Below, piece after piece: positions 54,522-64,000 of a DNA stretch of 64,000 nucleotides. Source of the DNA: Gammaproteobacteria bacterium (GTDB lineage: Bacteria > Pseudomonadota > Gammaproteobacteria > UBA4575). The DNA is taken from assembly GCA_965222615.1 (NCBI GenBank), contig CBDCUI010000007.1, positions 160,001 to 224,000 of the forward strand, read 5' to 3'. The notes under the pieces were generated by a model. The model was given only the letters and a program-made list of their open reading frames with translations, had not been told where the DNA came from and did no database searches. The number at the start of each line of letters is the position of its first letter. Positions within the stretch are counted from its first letter, which is position 1. The position numbers were made by a program, and so were the translations under genes.

Positions 54522-57500
54522 TCAATGTAAGACAGCTTCAATATTACGAAGCAATTCATTTTCGTTATAAGGTTTGCCCAAATACTCCTGCACACCAATA
54601 TCAAATGCACGTTGACGATGTTTTTCTCCCGTCCGCGAGGTAATCATAATTATTGGCACATTTTTTAAACGTGTATTATTTCTTACATGTGCGGCCAACT
54701 CATAACCATCCATACGTGGCATTTCAATATCTAATAAAATCATATCAGGCGTAAAATCCTGCAATGCTTGAACAGCATCAATACCATCTTTTGCCGTCAC
54801 CACTTTAAAGTTATTCCGCTCTAAAAATCGTTTAGTGACTTTCCGAATCGTAATTGAATCGTCAACAACCAATACTGTTGGTTTTTTACCTTTTGAAGTT
54901 TCTGGGCCAGGTATTATCGCGTTTTCCAATTGCTCAATCGAATCGAGGCGAATTAAGCCTTGTACGTCTAAAATCAATACAACACTGCCATCGCCTAAAA
55001 TAGTGGCACCCGAAACGGCAGGCAACCGACTTAGCTGAGAAGCAAGTGGTTTTACAACAATCTCACGATTGCCTAAGGTTGCTTCTACATGTAAAGCCAT
55101 GCGTGAATCGCCAGATCGCACTAATAAAACTGGAAACATATTATCTGCACCATCTAACTGTGGCTGGTTTATACTCAGCAATGTGCCTAAATGACATAAA
55201 CGATAATCTTTATCTGCGTAATGATATGTCGCATTATCTTTTGCATACTTTTGCTTAAGTTCATGCGCAGATAATCGCACCACTCCTTCAACGCTCACTA
55301 ATGGTGTAGCATAGGTTTCATCCCCACATTTTATTAACAAGGCTTGTGCAATAGCCAATGTAAAGGGAATACGAATGGTAAAGACTGCACCTTTACCTAA
55401 TTCTGAATCTATTTTTAAAAAGCCCCCGAGTTGCTTCAATTCATTTGCAACTACATCCATACCAACACCACGACCAGAAACCTGAGTTACTTTTCCCGCA
55501 GTACTAAATCCTGGCGCTAAAATTAAATCTAATAATTCACGTTCTGGAATGTCAACATTTTCAATCAATCCCAGCTCAAGTGCTTTTTTCTTTACTTTTC
55601 CCGGATCAATACCTGCTCCATCATCCGTAACTTCAATAACAATTTCCGCACCTTCACGGCTCACACTGATAGAGATTTCTCCACTCTCTGGTTTACCCGT
55701 TTTTTCCCGTTCAGTTTTATCTTCAATACCATGTGAGATCGCATTTCGGATTAAATGTTCAAGTGGAGCAACTATTCGATTTAATATTGAACTATCGACT
55801 TCCGTTTGCGCCCCAATAACTTTTAAATCTGCATCTTTATCTAATTCTCGTGCTGTTTGTCTCACGATTCTCTGCATCCGAGGAACAAGTTGGCTAAATT
55901 GCACCATACGTGTGCGCATCAACCCTTCTTGTAAATCACTATTTATTCGATGCTGTTGTAGCAATAATATTTCAGACTCTCGCACTTGATCAAAAAGAAT
56001 TTCTTTTATACTTAACAAGTCATTCACACTTTCTGCTAAAGAACGAGATAATTGTTGTATAGTAGAGTAACGGTCCAACTCTAAGGGATCAAAATCCTCT
56101 ACATTAGGCGCTTCATGAGCATGCCTGGATAAAATTTGGGTTTCAGTTTCAATTTCTAAATTACGTAATTGATCACGCACTCTATCTACAATTTGTTCAA
56201 GCTCTTTTATACTTGATGTGTATTTACTACTTACTTGTTCAAGGCGAGCCTGAAAGATATTAACTTCACCCGCATTATTAACCAGGTTATCAAGCATTTC
56301 TGCCTGTAAACGCACTGATTGTTGCGGTGCAATTACAGGTTGAATACTCTGTTGTTCTTTTGGTTTGACAACCGAACGTAGTACAGGGATTTTAACTACT
56401 GGTTTAGATTCGCTTTGAAGGGTACTCTTTTCACTATCAGGCTTTTTATCTGAGATTGTGTTGTTGTTTTCACTATCTACAGCATCGACTTTTCCTGTAA
56501 TAGAATTACCATCTTTAATTGCATTCAACTCAGCAATTAAGTTTTCTGCAGGATAAACGGGTCGGTGTGCAACCGCATCATCAACCATTTCATGCACGGA
56601 ATCTAAACAGCGCTGCAGCAATGAGAACACTGGCCCAGTGGCTTCAATTACGCCTTCAGCAATTGGAATCACTACAGACTCTATAGCATGGCTAAAATCA
56701 CCTATATTGGTATAGGTCGCCATACGTGCGCTACCTTTTAATGTATGTAGTTGCCGTCGCAGCTCTGATATTGAGTTTTGATCTTCAGGATCTTCCCGCC
56801 AATTATCCAGACACTCATTACAAGTAGATAAAATATCACTCGCCTCTTCAAGAAAGATTTCGACTAAATCAGCATCTTTATCTTCGTAAAGATCAATGTT
56901 TTCTGGCAACTTCTCATCCGTGATATTCGTATCGGCTATGGTTATAAACTGTGTTTCTTCAAGATCTATTTCTTGCTCCACATTGGTTGAATCAACAAAG
57001 TCTTCCAATACTGGTATTTCTACACACTTTAATTCATCCACTTTGGAAAGAAGCTCAGAATCTACATTGGCTGCTTGTAGATCCTCTGAATGCTCAGTTA
57101 TTACTTGCTTAATATGCTGTACACAAGCCACTATAGTATCGAACTGAGCCTCAGAAATTACTTGGTTTTTTTTGTGAAAGTCCTGACAATATTGTTCTAA
57201 CGGTTTGCAGACATTTACAATAGCCCCAACGTCTGCAGTGCGCGCCGAACCATGTAATGTATGCAGTGCATGCAGCATGGCTTCATCTACTTTAAGTTTC
57301 TTTGTTTCTGCTCCTTTATCAACCAAGTCTTCAAGTACTGCTACATGTTGAGATGCTTCGTTAATAAATATCTCACGCAATTCCGTAGCGAAATCATTTT
57401 CAATATTAGACTCATTTAAATCTTCATCTTTATCTTTATCTTCCAATGACTCTGCTTCTTTAGCCGCATTTATAATTTGCGAACTGTCTGATGGTGCATC

Positions 57501-60500
57501 ATCAATAACATTTTCTGATACTTCTTTTACCCCTTCACCTACAGAACTGCTGTCCTCTAACAGTTTATTACTTCCACTTGATTTTGCACTAAACTGTTGT
57601 GCAGAAGTAATTAAAGCTTGGATATCAGCTTTAGGTTGTTGATCTGATTTTAGTTGTTCAACTAATTGCTGAAGCGCTGTAACAGACTGAGCGAGTACTT
57701 CATGTAACTCGTCGGTAACTGGCAAAGTGCTTTCTATTACTTTATTTAATAACTTTTCTAACTGCCAAGAATACTCACCAATGATTTGTGCACCAATCAG
57801 ACGACCACTACCCTTTAAGGTATGAAAAGATCGCCGTATACTGATTAGGGCTTCTTCGTTATCTGGATTTGAGCGCCATGCAGGGAGAGTTTGAGTTATT
57901 TTCTCAATCTCTTCCTCTGCTTCTTCAACAAAAATTTCTATAATCTCACTATCTGCATCTTGTTGAATAACTTGCAGCTCTTTTTCTACTCCATCCTCAG
58001 TTAAACTAATAATATACTCACCTGAATCTTGCTTATCAGACCTTACAATCTCAGCTGGCGATAGTTGAGACTTATCTTCTTCTGTTAATTGGTAATTCTC
58101 AATCTCTTGCTCAGTCAAAGCCGGTAAATCTTCCGAAGTTAGCTCAACAGATTCGCTAATATCCAAATCTTCAATAATAGTGCCAGTCTCTTGATCACTT
58201 TCATTGTAATTATCAGGCTCTAATGCATCGGTTGGTTGTAGTTGTGTTTCATCTAGTTTCTCTTCTTGGACTTCTTCATCGACAAAATCAATTATGGAAG
58301 GCAAATCACCAGAAGATTGTTGTTCTGAATTATCAAGATCTAACTTTTCTACATTTGTATTTAGCTCTTCTTCAATTTCATTTAGATTTAGTAAATCATT
58401 TTCTTCCAAATCAACTTCAACTACACCTACGGATTCACCCTCCTGATTCAAATCTATAGTTAGATCTTTATCTTCGACCTCACCTACGAATGAGCTCAAT
58501 TCTGTTTCAGCTTCGAAAATACTGGTTTCTTCAAGCCCTGCAAATTCAGGTGATAGTTCGTCTTCATCATTCTCAATATTCTGCAAACTAGTATTTAGTT
58601 CAGTAGCCGCTTCATTTTCTAGAGACATGTCAGTTGATTCTGAAATATCAAGGCTAAGTTCTGTATCAGCAGTAATCTCGTTTTTGATATTAGATGGATC
58701 GGGAGAAACTTCTGGGGGAGGTTGGTCAAATAATTCTGGATCAATCGAAAGGCCTAAAGATGTGGCACTTAAATCCTCTAGCTCAACTTCTTCGCTGATT
58801 TCAGTCTTTTTTTTTCCTACATCGTTCGTTTCTACATCGACTAGAGACAGTGATTCACTATTATCTTCAATTAAATTATCGACCTTTATAGTTTGTACTT
58901 CGTTAACTTGATTCGTCTGTAATACTTCGGCACCTACAAGTCTTGAAACACTTTCTAAGCCATAGCTTAAAATATCTGCTGGATTATCCTCTTCTGCAAT
59001 AATAGCTTCTAAATAACATTCCACACTAGTAACTGAATCAGCAAATGCATCAAGTTTAGTTGGTTCACTATTTAATTCTTCCGCTGCTTGGTTACCAATT
59101 AAATAGGCCTGAATATTTTCCAAGATTGCAGCTACATCATCTAATCTTAATATCGACAATGCCCCTATGATTTTGCGAAACCGATCCTGGGCTTCTTGAA
59201 GCTTTGTTTCGTCATTAGGCGAAGCAAGAACTTGTGAAACGGCATTCTTCGCTTCTTCTAACTCTGACAAAGCTTCAGAAATTGTTTGTACTTTTATTTT
59301 TTTAAGTTGATTGTCCTCAATTTGTCCATCAACACTTTTATCACTATCGTCTATATCTTCAACGGGTTTCAATACTGGCTTATTTAAAAGACGATAGTTG
59401 ACAAAATTTTCGACTATGTTTTCTGCTTTAATTAAAGTTTCAGCAACATGCACAAAACTATCATCTGCATGTTCTAACTCATCAGCAGATAATCCATTTA
59501 AAGCAGCAACTTCTCGCATTACTTCTTCTCTTGGCTCTTCCAAACCAACCATACTTAAGGTATCAGCAATCTTATGTAGCTGTTCTCCAACTTGACTTAC
59601 ACTTTCCGGCGATCGATTTTCATTATGCACGTAGAGTTCAATAGCATCTTTTACAGTGGCAATATCTTCATGTAGTGCTTTTGAAACCGCTTGCAATACC
59701 TCAACATTAGGACCTGCTATTCCTTCACGCATCTGTCCGATAACATCTTCGCTAGGAATTAAATCATTCAAGCTATATGCAGTCTTAACTTTAGTAACGA
59801 TTCGACCACGGTCGCCCGCTATACCTACATAATAAAGTAAGTTTTTAATTAGGCTTGAAGGAATATTGTTAGCAAATTCTACTTCATCAAGGCCTACAAA
59901 ATTTTTAATCTGCCTATCTACTTGCCCTAGTAAAGACGCTAATCCTGCACTTGTTGGCAAACTACCTATTGCCAATGCTTGTGCTACTGCGCTACTGACC
60001 CACCAAAGCCTTTGAGACGCCAATTGCTTCGAGCACTGATGCAATCGTATTGCTACTTTGCAAATTTTTGTTGCAGCAATATCGGTTTCTTTGTTTTGGA
60101 TCAAACTAATGAGCCCCGATTGAAATCCGTAACGTATTTTTTTTGCATATTCTTGTGCAGACATGCCAAAGTCTGCATTGACATTTGGGACTTCTATATC
60201 ATCTAAGTTCGGAAAAAATAGAATATGTTCTGACAATAATGCTGCTTCTCTAACTCCTCTTAAGTCATTGAGTAGTGGAAGAAGCACAATAGGTACGTCT
60301 TTATTGCCTACTTGCACATATTCAAGGTAGTCAGACATTTGCAAAATTCCACGTGATAAGGTTTCCTGAGCCTTTTCCGTTTGTGTAATGGAATCTTCAA
60401 TTAGACAATCTACAACATCCCGCATTTCGCGAGCCAAAACCGCTGCGCCATTAATTTGTACAAGCTGTAATGTTCGTTCTATTTGAGTAAGTGAATCGCT

Positions 60501-60641
60501 GACTTCTTTTAATGACGCAATATCAGATTCGTCTTCGATATAAACTTGCAACTGACTACGAGCATTATCGATTATAGTGTCGATTTCAGATTTAACTTTT
60601 TTTACTGCTGCTTTTTCTAAAGCACTGTTTCGCATTTTCAT
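54522..60641 (-). CDS. chpA: Chemosensory pili histidine kinase/response regulator hybrid
   Basis: Several Hpt domains (FHTLKGSGR, LHTLHGSAR, LHTLKGSAR), HLIRNAISHGIE, SGRGVGMDVV, CheW domain and C-terminal receiver. Confidence 0.93.
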   Translation of the reverse strand: MKMRNSALEKAAVKKVKSEIDTIIDNARSQLQVYIEDESDIASLKEVSDSLTQIERTLQLVQINGAAVLAREMRDVVDCLIEDSITQTEKAQETLSRGILQMSDYLEYVQVGNKDVPIVLLPLLNDLRGVREAALLSEHILFFPNLDDIEVPNVNADFGMSAQEYAKKIRYGFQSGLISLIQNKETDIAATKICKVAIRLHQCSKQLASQRLWWVSSAVAQALAIGSLPTSAGLASLLGQVDRQIKNFVGLDEVEFANNIPSSLIKNLLYYVGIAGDRGRIVTKVKTAYSLNDLIPSEDVIGQMREGIAGPNVEVLQAVSKALHEDIATVKDAIELYVHNENRSPESVSQVGEQLHKIADTLSMVGLEEPREEVMREVAALNGLSADELEHADDSFVHVAETLIKAENIVENFVNYRLLNKPVLKPVEDIDDSDKSVDGQIEDNQLKKIKVQTISEALSELEEAKNAVSQVLASPNDETKLQEAQDRFRKIIGALSILRLDDVAAILENIQAYLIGNQAAEELNSEPTKLDAFADSVTSVECYLEAIIAEEDNPADILSYGLESVSRLVGAEVLQTNQVNEVQTIKVDNLIEDNSESLSLVDVETNDVGKKKTEISEEVELEDLSATSLGLSIDPELFDQPPPEVSPDPSNIKNEITADTELSLDISESTDMSLENEAATELNTSLQNIENDEDELSPEFAGLEETSIFEAETELSSFVGEVEDKDLTIDLNQEGESVGVVEVDLEENDLLNLNEIEEELNTNVEKLDLDNSEQQSSGDLPSIIDFVDEEVQEEKLDETQLQPTDALEPDNYNESDQETGTIIEDLDISESVELTSEDLPALTEQEIENYQLTEEDKSQLSPAEIVRSDKQDSGEYIISLTEDGVEKELQVIQQDADSEIIEIFVEEAEEEIEKITQTLPAWRSNPDNEEALISIRRSFHTLKGSGRLIGAQIIGEYSWQLEKLLNKVIESTLPVTDELHEVLAQSVTALQQLVEQLKSDQQPKADIQALITSAQQFSAKSSGSNKLLEDSSSVGEGVKEVSENVIDDAPSDSSQIINAAKEAESLEDKDKDEDLNESNIENDFATELREIFINEASQHVAVLEDLVDKGAETKKLKVDEAMLHALHTLHGSARTADVGAIVNVCKPLEQYCQDFHKKNQVISEAQFDTIVACVQHIKQVITEHSEDLQAANVDSELLSKVDELKCVEIPVLEDFVDSTNVEQEIDLEETQFITIADTNITDEKLPENIDLYEDKDADLVEIFLEEASDILSTCNECLDNWREDPEDQNSISELRRQLHTLKGSARMATYTNIGDFSHAIESVVIPIAEGVIEATGPVFSLLQRCLDSVHEMVDDAVAHRPVYPAENLIAELNAIKDGNSITGKVDAVDSENNNTISDKKPDSEKSTLQSESKPVVKIPVLRSVVKPKEQQSIQPVIAPQQSVRLQAEMLDNLVNNAGEVNIFQARLEQVSSKYTSSIKELEQIVDRVRDQLRNLEIETETQILSRHAHEAPNVEDFDPLELDRYSTIQQLSRSLAESVNDLLSIKEILFDQVRESEILLLQQHRINSDLQEGLMRTRMVQFSQLVPRMQRIVRQTARELDKDADLKVIGAQTEVDSSILNRIVAPLEHLIRNAISHGIEDKTEREKTGKPESGEISISVSREGAEIVIEVTDDGAGIDPGKVKKKALELGLIENVDIPERELLDLILAPGFSTAGKVTQVSGRGVGMDVVANELKQLGGFLKIDSELGKGAVFTIRIPFTLAIAQALLIKCGDETYATPLVSVEGVVRLSAHELKQKYAKDNATYHYADKDYRLCHLGTLLSINQPQLDGADNMFPVLLVRSGDSRMALHVEATLGNREIVVKPLASQLSRLPAVSGATILGDGSVVLILDVQGLIRLDSIEQLENAIIPGPETSKGKKPTVLVVDDSITIRKVTKRFLERNNFKVVTAKDGIDAVQALQDFTPDMILLDIEMPRMDGYELAAHVRNNTRLKNVPIIMITSRTGEKHRQRAFDIGVQEYLGKPYNENELLRNIEAVLH

Positions 60642-60678
60642 TTTTGTGTAATAAAACTTTTGAGTTTGGCTTTATTTA

Positions 60679-62070
60679 CTATGATGCTAATTCCTGCTCG
60701 ATGACATCGTCTTCAACAGACTTCGGTAACTTGAAACCAGCCACTGAGCGCTTAAGCTCTTGTGCTAAAGTAGTGAGTTTTCCTACCCAGCTTGCTGTAT
60801 TACTTGCCCCTTCAGAAGCCTGCATAGTTATTTCTTGAATAACAATCATCGTTTTAGTTACGTTACTTGCAGCCTTGGTTTGTTTTTCTGTTGCGTCGGT
60901 AATATTTTGAATAAGTGCAGCAAGGTTATCGGATACCGATTCAATTTCAGTTAATGCTTCACCAGCATTGACCGCAAGTTTGGCACCACTCACCACATTA
61001 GAAGTGCTTTGCTCCATAGAAATAACTGCTTCATTTGTGTCACTTTGAATAGTCTTAACTAATGCTTCTATTTGTTTTGTTGCAGTACCTGCTCGCTCTG
61101 CAAGTCTTTGTACTTCGTCTGCTACCACTGCAAAACCTCTGCCGGCTTCACCTGCAGTTGAGGCTTGGATGGCAGCATTCAATGCCAAGATATTGGTCTG
61201 ATCTGCAATTTCATCAATTAATCCAACAATATCACCAATTTCTTGCGAACTTTCGCCAAGTCTTTTTATTCGTTTTGAAGTTTCCTGGATTTGTTCACGA
61301 ATAGTATCCATACCATCAATCGTACGACTTACGGCTTGAGCACCTTTGTGCGCAATATTTACTGACTGTTGCGCAACTTTTCCTGAACTATTTGCGTGTT
61401 CTGCTACTTGTTCAATCGATTTAGCCATTTCAGAAATTGCAGACGTTACATTTGCAATTTCTCTAGCCTGAGTCTGACTAGACTTTGTTAACTTGTCTGT
61501 CGAATCTTGAGTCACCTCTGCAGCTGAAGCTACTTGTCTGGAGGTGTTGTTGATTGTGTGTACAAGATTACGCAATGCATCGATGGAATAATTAACTGAG
61601 TCAGCAATTGCGCCAGTAATATCTTCCGTAACGGTCGTATGTACAGTTAAATCACCTTCGGCAAGGTTAGTCATTTCATCCAACAATAATAAAATCGCTT
61701 GCTGGTTTCTTCTATTTTGTTCATCAACTGCGGCTAATTGATGCCTTACCTTTCCACCCCATTTGTTCGCAAGAAAAAGAAACAATGCTAAGCTTGCCAT
61801 GCCAATGCTGAAGACTACCGCAGCAAAAGCACTGCTGTTTTCACCCATACCAAAATATTTTCCTAGATCAAACGCTAGTATCCCCATAACCGCCATAATC
61901 AAAATTGAAAGCAGTGCTAATACAGTCAAAGTTGATTTACTCGATAAGTTGTCTTGATTTTTTCGAGTAATTGATTTGGGTAAGGCCATAGTCAATTTAT
62001 TCCTAATTCGGTGAAGCCAAGATTTTTGATAAATTCTTTTACTGTTTATGTGTCTGTCGGTGTCTTTCAA
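60679..62070 (-). CDS. pilJ: Methyl-accepting chemotaxis protein, PilJ-like, short form (likely start ATG 61989)
   Basis: [58 protein letters not shown]; between pilI and chpA. Confidence 0.88.
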   Translation of the reverse strand: MKDTDRHINSKRIYQKSWLHRIRNKLTMALPKSITRKNQDNLSSKSTLTVLALLSILIMAVMGILAFDLGKYFGMGENSSAFAAVVFSIGMASLALFLFLANKWGGKVRHQLAAVDEQNRRNQQAILLLLDEMTNLAEGDLTVHTTVTEDITGAIADSVNYSIDALRNLVHTINNTSRQVASAAEVTQDSTDKLTKSSQTQAREIANVTSAISEMAKSIEQVAEHANSSGKVAQQSVNIAHKGAQAVSRTIDGMDTIREQIQETSKRIKRLGESSQEIGDIVGLIDEIADQTNILALNAAIQASTAGEAGRGFAVVADEVQRLAERAGTATKQIEALVKTIQSDTNEAVISMEQSTSNVVSGAKLAVNAGEALTEIESVSDNLAALIQNITDATEKQTKAASNVTKTMIVIQEITMQASEGASNTASWVGKLTTLAQELKRSVAGFKLPKSVEDDVIEQELAS

Positions 62071-62299
62071 AAGTGTCTGTACGGATCAAATACACACCTA
62101 AAATCAATGAGATCCAGACAGTAATGATACGGGGGATCGGCTATTACCTAGGTATAGGTGTGTCGTGAAAACGCCTACTTTTATCGGTTAGAATACCGAT
62201 TACCAATAGAAATGAAATCCAATTGGCTATCACTACCGGCAACCAAATAAGGCTCATTCAACAGTCGGCAAAAGGCCTTTATGAATTTGTGGTGATAGT

Positions 62300-62833
62300 T
62301 TAGAAACGCTCGTCCAGCAATAAGTTTTCAACAGAAAGTGCGGCATACCATTCTTCACCCGAAGAATAGAATGTACTTATATAATCAATAAAGTTCGGAT
62401 CAAATTCCTCAGGAATTTGATCACTTCCTTGATCAACATGAAAAGATTTCATGCCAATGATGGAATCAATCACTAAGCCATAAAAATGTGCATCCATTTT
62501 TACCAACAGCGCACGTCTTGAACGTGTTGAAGCTTTTGACACCGATCCAAAAATGTACTCATGTAAGTCTAATAGCGTAACCAAATTCCCCCTGACATTT
62601 GCAATGCCTATCAACCAACTCGGTGTATGAGGCATATTGGTAAAATTTGAAATTGCAATCACTTCATCAATTTCTGTAATAGGAATAATGTATCGATGAG
62701 GTCCAACATGAAATGCCAATCCATGCGAATAACTTGTATCCGCCTCTTGTTGCGCTAAACCACCTTGTTGTTCGACACATTGACGGTCAATAGTCAATAA
62801 ATATTCAAATGCAGTCGAGTCTTGTGACGTCAC
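62300..62833 (-). CDS. pilI: CheW-like twitching motility protein
   Basis: PHTPSWLIGIANVRGNLVTLLDL; position after pilH. Confidence 0.85.
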   Translation of the reverse strand: MTSQDSTAFEYLLTIDRQCVEQQGGLAQQEADTSYSHGLAFHVGPHRYIIPITEIDEVIAISNFTNMPHTPSWLIGIANVRGNLVTLLDLHEYIFGSVSKASTRSRRALLVKMDAHFYGLVIDSIIGMKSFHVDQGSDQIPEEFDPNFIDYISTFYSSGEEWYAALSVENLLLDERF

Positions 62834-62851
62834 TATTGTAAAATGTAAAAC

Positions 62852-63217
62852 TTAAGCGGCAAGAAAAGATTTTACAGAACTAATTAACATTTCAGAATTA
62901 ACTGGTTTAACTAAGTAGCCCTTCGCACCCTGTCTGGTGGCCCAAACTTTATCGGTTTGTTGACTCTTTGTAGACACCATTACCACTGGAATACTTGATG
63001 TTTCAGGAGCTTGAGTAATTTTACGTGTGGCTTGAAATCCGTTCATACCAGGCATAACAATGTCCATCAATATTAAATCTGGATGCTTAGCCTTTGCCGC
63101 TTCAACTCCTTGTTCACCACTATCAGCGGTTGAAACTTTATGACCAGTTTCTTGTAAAATTTTGGAAATAAATAAACGTTCGGTAGGAGAATCGTCGACA
63201 ACAAGGATGTGAGCCAT
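62852..63217 (-). CDS. pilH: Twitching motility response regulator
   Basis: MAHILVVDDSPTE, MNGFQATR, TDKVWATRQGA. Confidence 0.93.
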   Translation of the reverse strand: MAHILVVDDSPTERLFISKILQETGHKVSTADSGEQGVEAAKAKHPDLILMDIVMPGMNGFQATRKITQAPETSSIPVVMVSTKSQQTDKVWATRQGAKGYLVKPVNSEMLISSVKSFLAA

Positions 63218-63233
63218 ATCGCTTGTAAACTTT

Positions 63234-63662
63234 TTATTGTTTATTACTATGTTCAGCTATTGCACCCAGCAAATCATCTTTTGTAAAAGGTTTGGTAAGG
63301 TACTTTTCTGAACCTACAATTTTCCCTCTTGCCTTATCAAAAATACTATCTTTACTTGAAAGCATAATCACAGGGGTGGATTTAAATAGCCTATTATTTT
63401 TAATCAACGCACAGGTTTGATAACCATCAAGACGCGGCATCATAATATCTACAAATATTAAATCTGGACGGTGTTCAGCAATTTTTGCAAGCGCCTCAAA
63501 ACCATCATTTGCCGTGACGACTTCACAACCTTCTTTTGTTAATAAAGACTCTGCTGACTTTCGAATCGTTTTACTGTCGTCAATGACCATGACTTTGAGT
63601 ACACCTGAGGTGTTGCTATTCACTTCTACTGAATCATTTAGTGCTAAACCACCATCTTGCAT
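63234..63662 (-). CDS. pilG: Twitching motility response regulator
   Basis: KVMVIDDSKTIR, MMPRLDGYQTCALIK, SSKDSIFDKARG. Confidence 0.96.
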   Translation of the reverse strand: MQDGGLALNDSVEVNSNTSGVLKVMVIDDSKTIRKSAESLLTKEGCEVVTANDGFEALAKIAEHRPDLIFVDIMMPRLDGYQTCALIKNNRLFKSTPVIMLSSKDSIFDKARGKIVGSEKYLTKPFTKDDLLGAIAEHSNKQ

Positions 63663-63869
63663 AACTGCTTCCTAGATTCCATATTATTAATCTGATCAAG
63701 TCTTCATAACTCCAAGCCTTGATAACCTGAGCGTTATCCTGTAGACCTCTTACCGTAGTCGCTTATTTAGCAAGGTATTTGAGGGAACATCCCTAACCAT
63801 GCCAGTTACACAATATAGGACAAGTAGCTTCCGATATAAGCGTAATTATCACTGACGAGGTAGGCATTA

Positions 63870-64000
63870 ATGAGCATAAAACTAGGCGTTATTATGGACC
63901 CCATAGAGCGGATAAATGTCAATAAAGACAGTACCTTTGCGATGTTGTTGGAAGCCCAAAGACGCCATTACGAAATCCACTACTTGCAACAAGCCGATCT
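63870..64000 (+). CDS. gshB: Glutathione synthetase, 5' partial
   Basis: MSIKLGVIMDPIERINVNKDSTFAMLLEAQRR; divergent from pilG as in pseudomonads. Confidence 0.93.
   Translation, partial: MSIKLGVIMDPIERINVNKDSTFAMLLEAQRRHYEIHYLQQAD

Overview
AT-rich chromosomal window, probably from a marine gammaproteobacterium (inferred from gene content and order). Housekeeping blocks are purK/purE/purC, bioD, glnK-amtB, tkt-gap-pgk-pyk-fba, metK-ahcY-rsmE and pilGHIJ-chpA-chpC next to gshB. Accessory loci are: a two-component system with a porin and a thermostable-hemolysin/AMP-ligase/heme-oxygenase-like/SDR/TPR cluster sharing an 11-bp periodic operator; a TetR-MMPL-LolA-like-OMP module; a Doc toxin-antitoxin pair; a secreted CxxCH protein with Cys/Asp repeats; and several short palindromic MITE/REP-like elements, two with nested inserts. 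The dominant feature is a ~17 kb giant adhesin gene with about 31 near-identical 333-bp repeats, an OmpA domain and a probable C-terminal beta-barrel. It is split at one scrambled repeat, probably an assembly artefact. The most notable observation is that the adhesin's mature N-terminus is exactly the terminal segment missing from the truncated C-terminal DUF11 domain of the secreted protein encoded downstream. This suggests a natural split-domain, strand-complementation system, possibly isopeptide-locked, that attaches a tip subunit to a giant stalk. No rRNA, tRNA or CRISPR array was seen.
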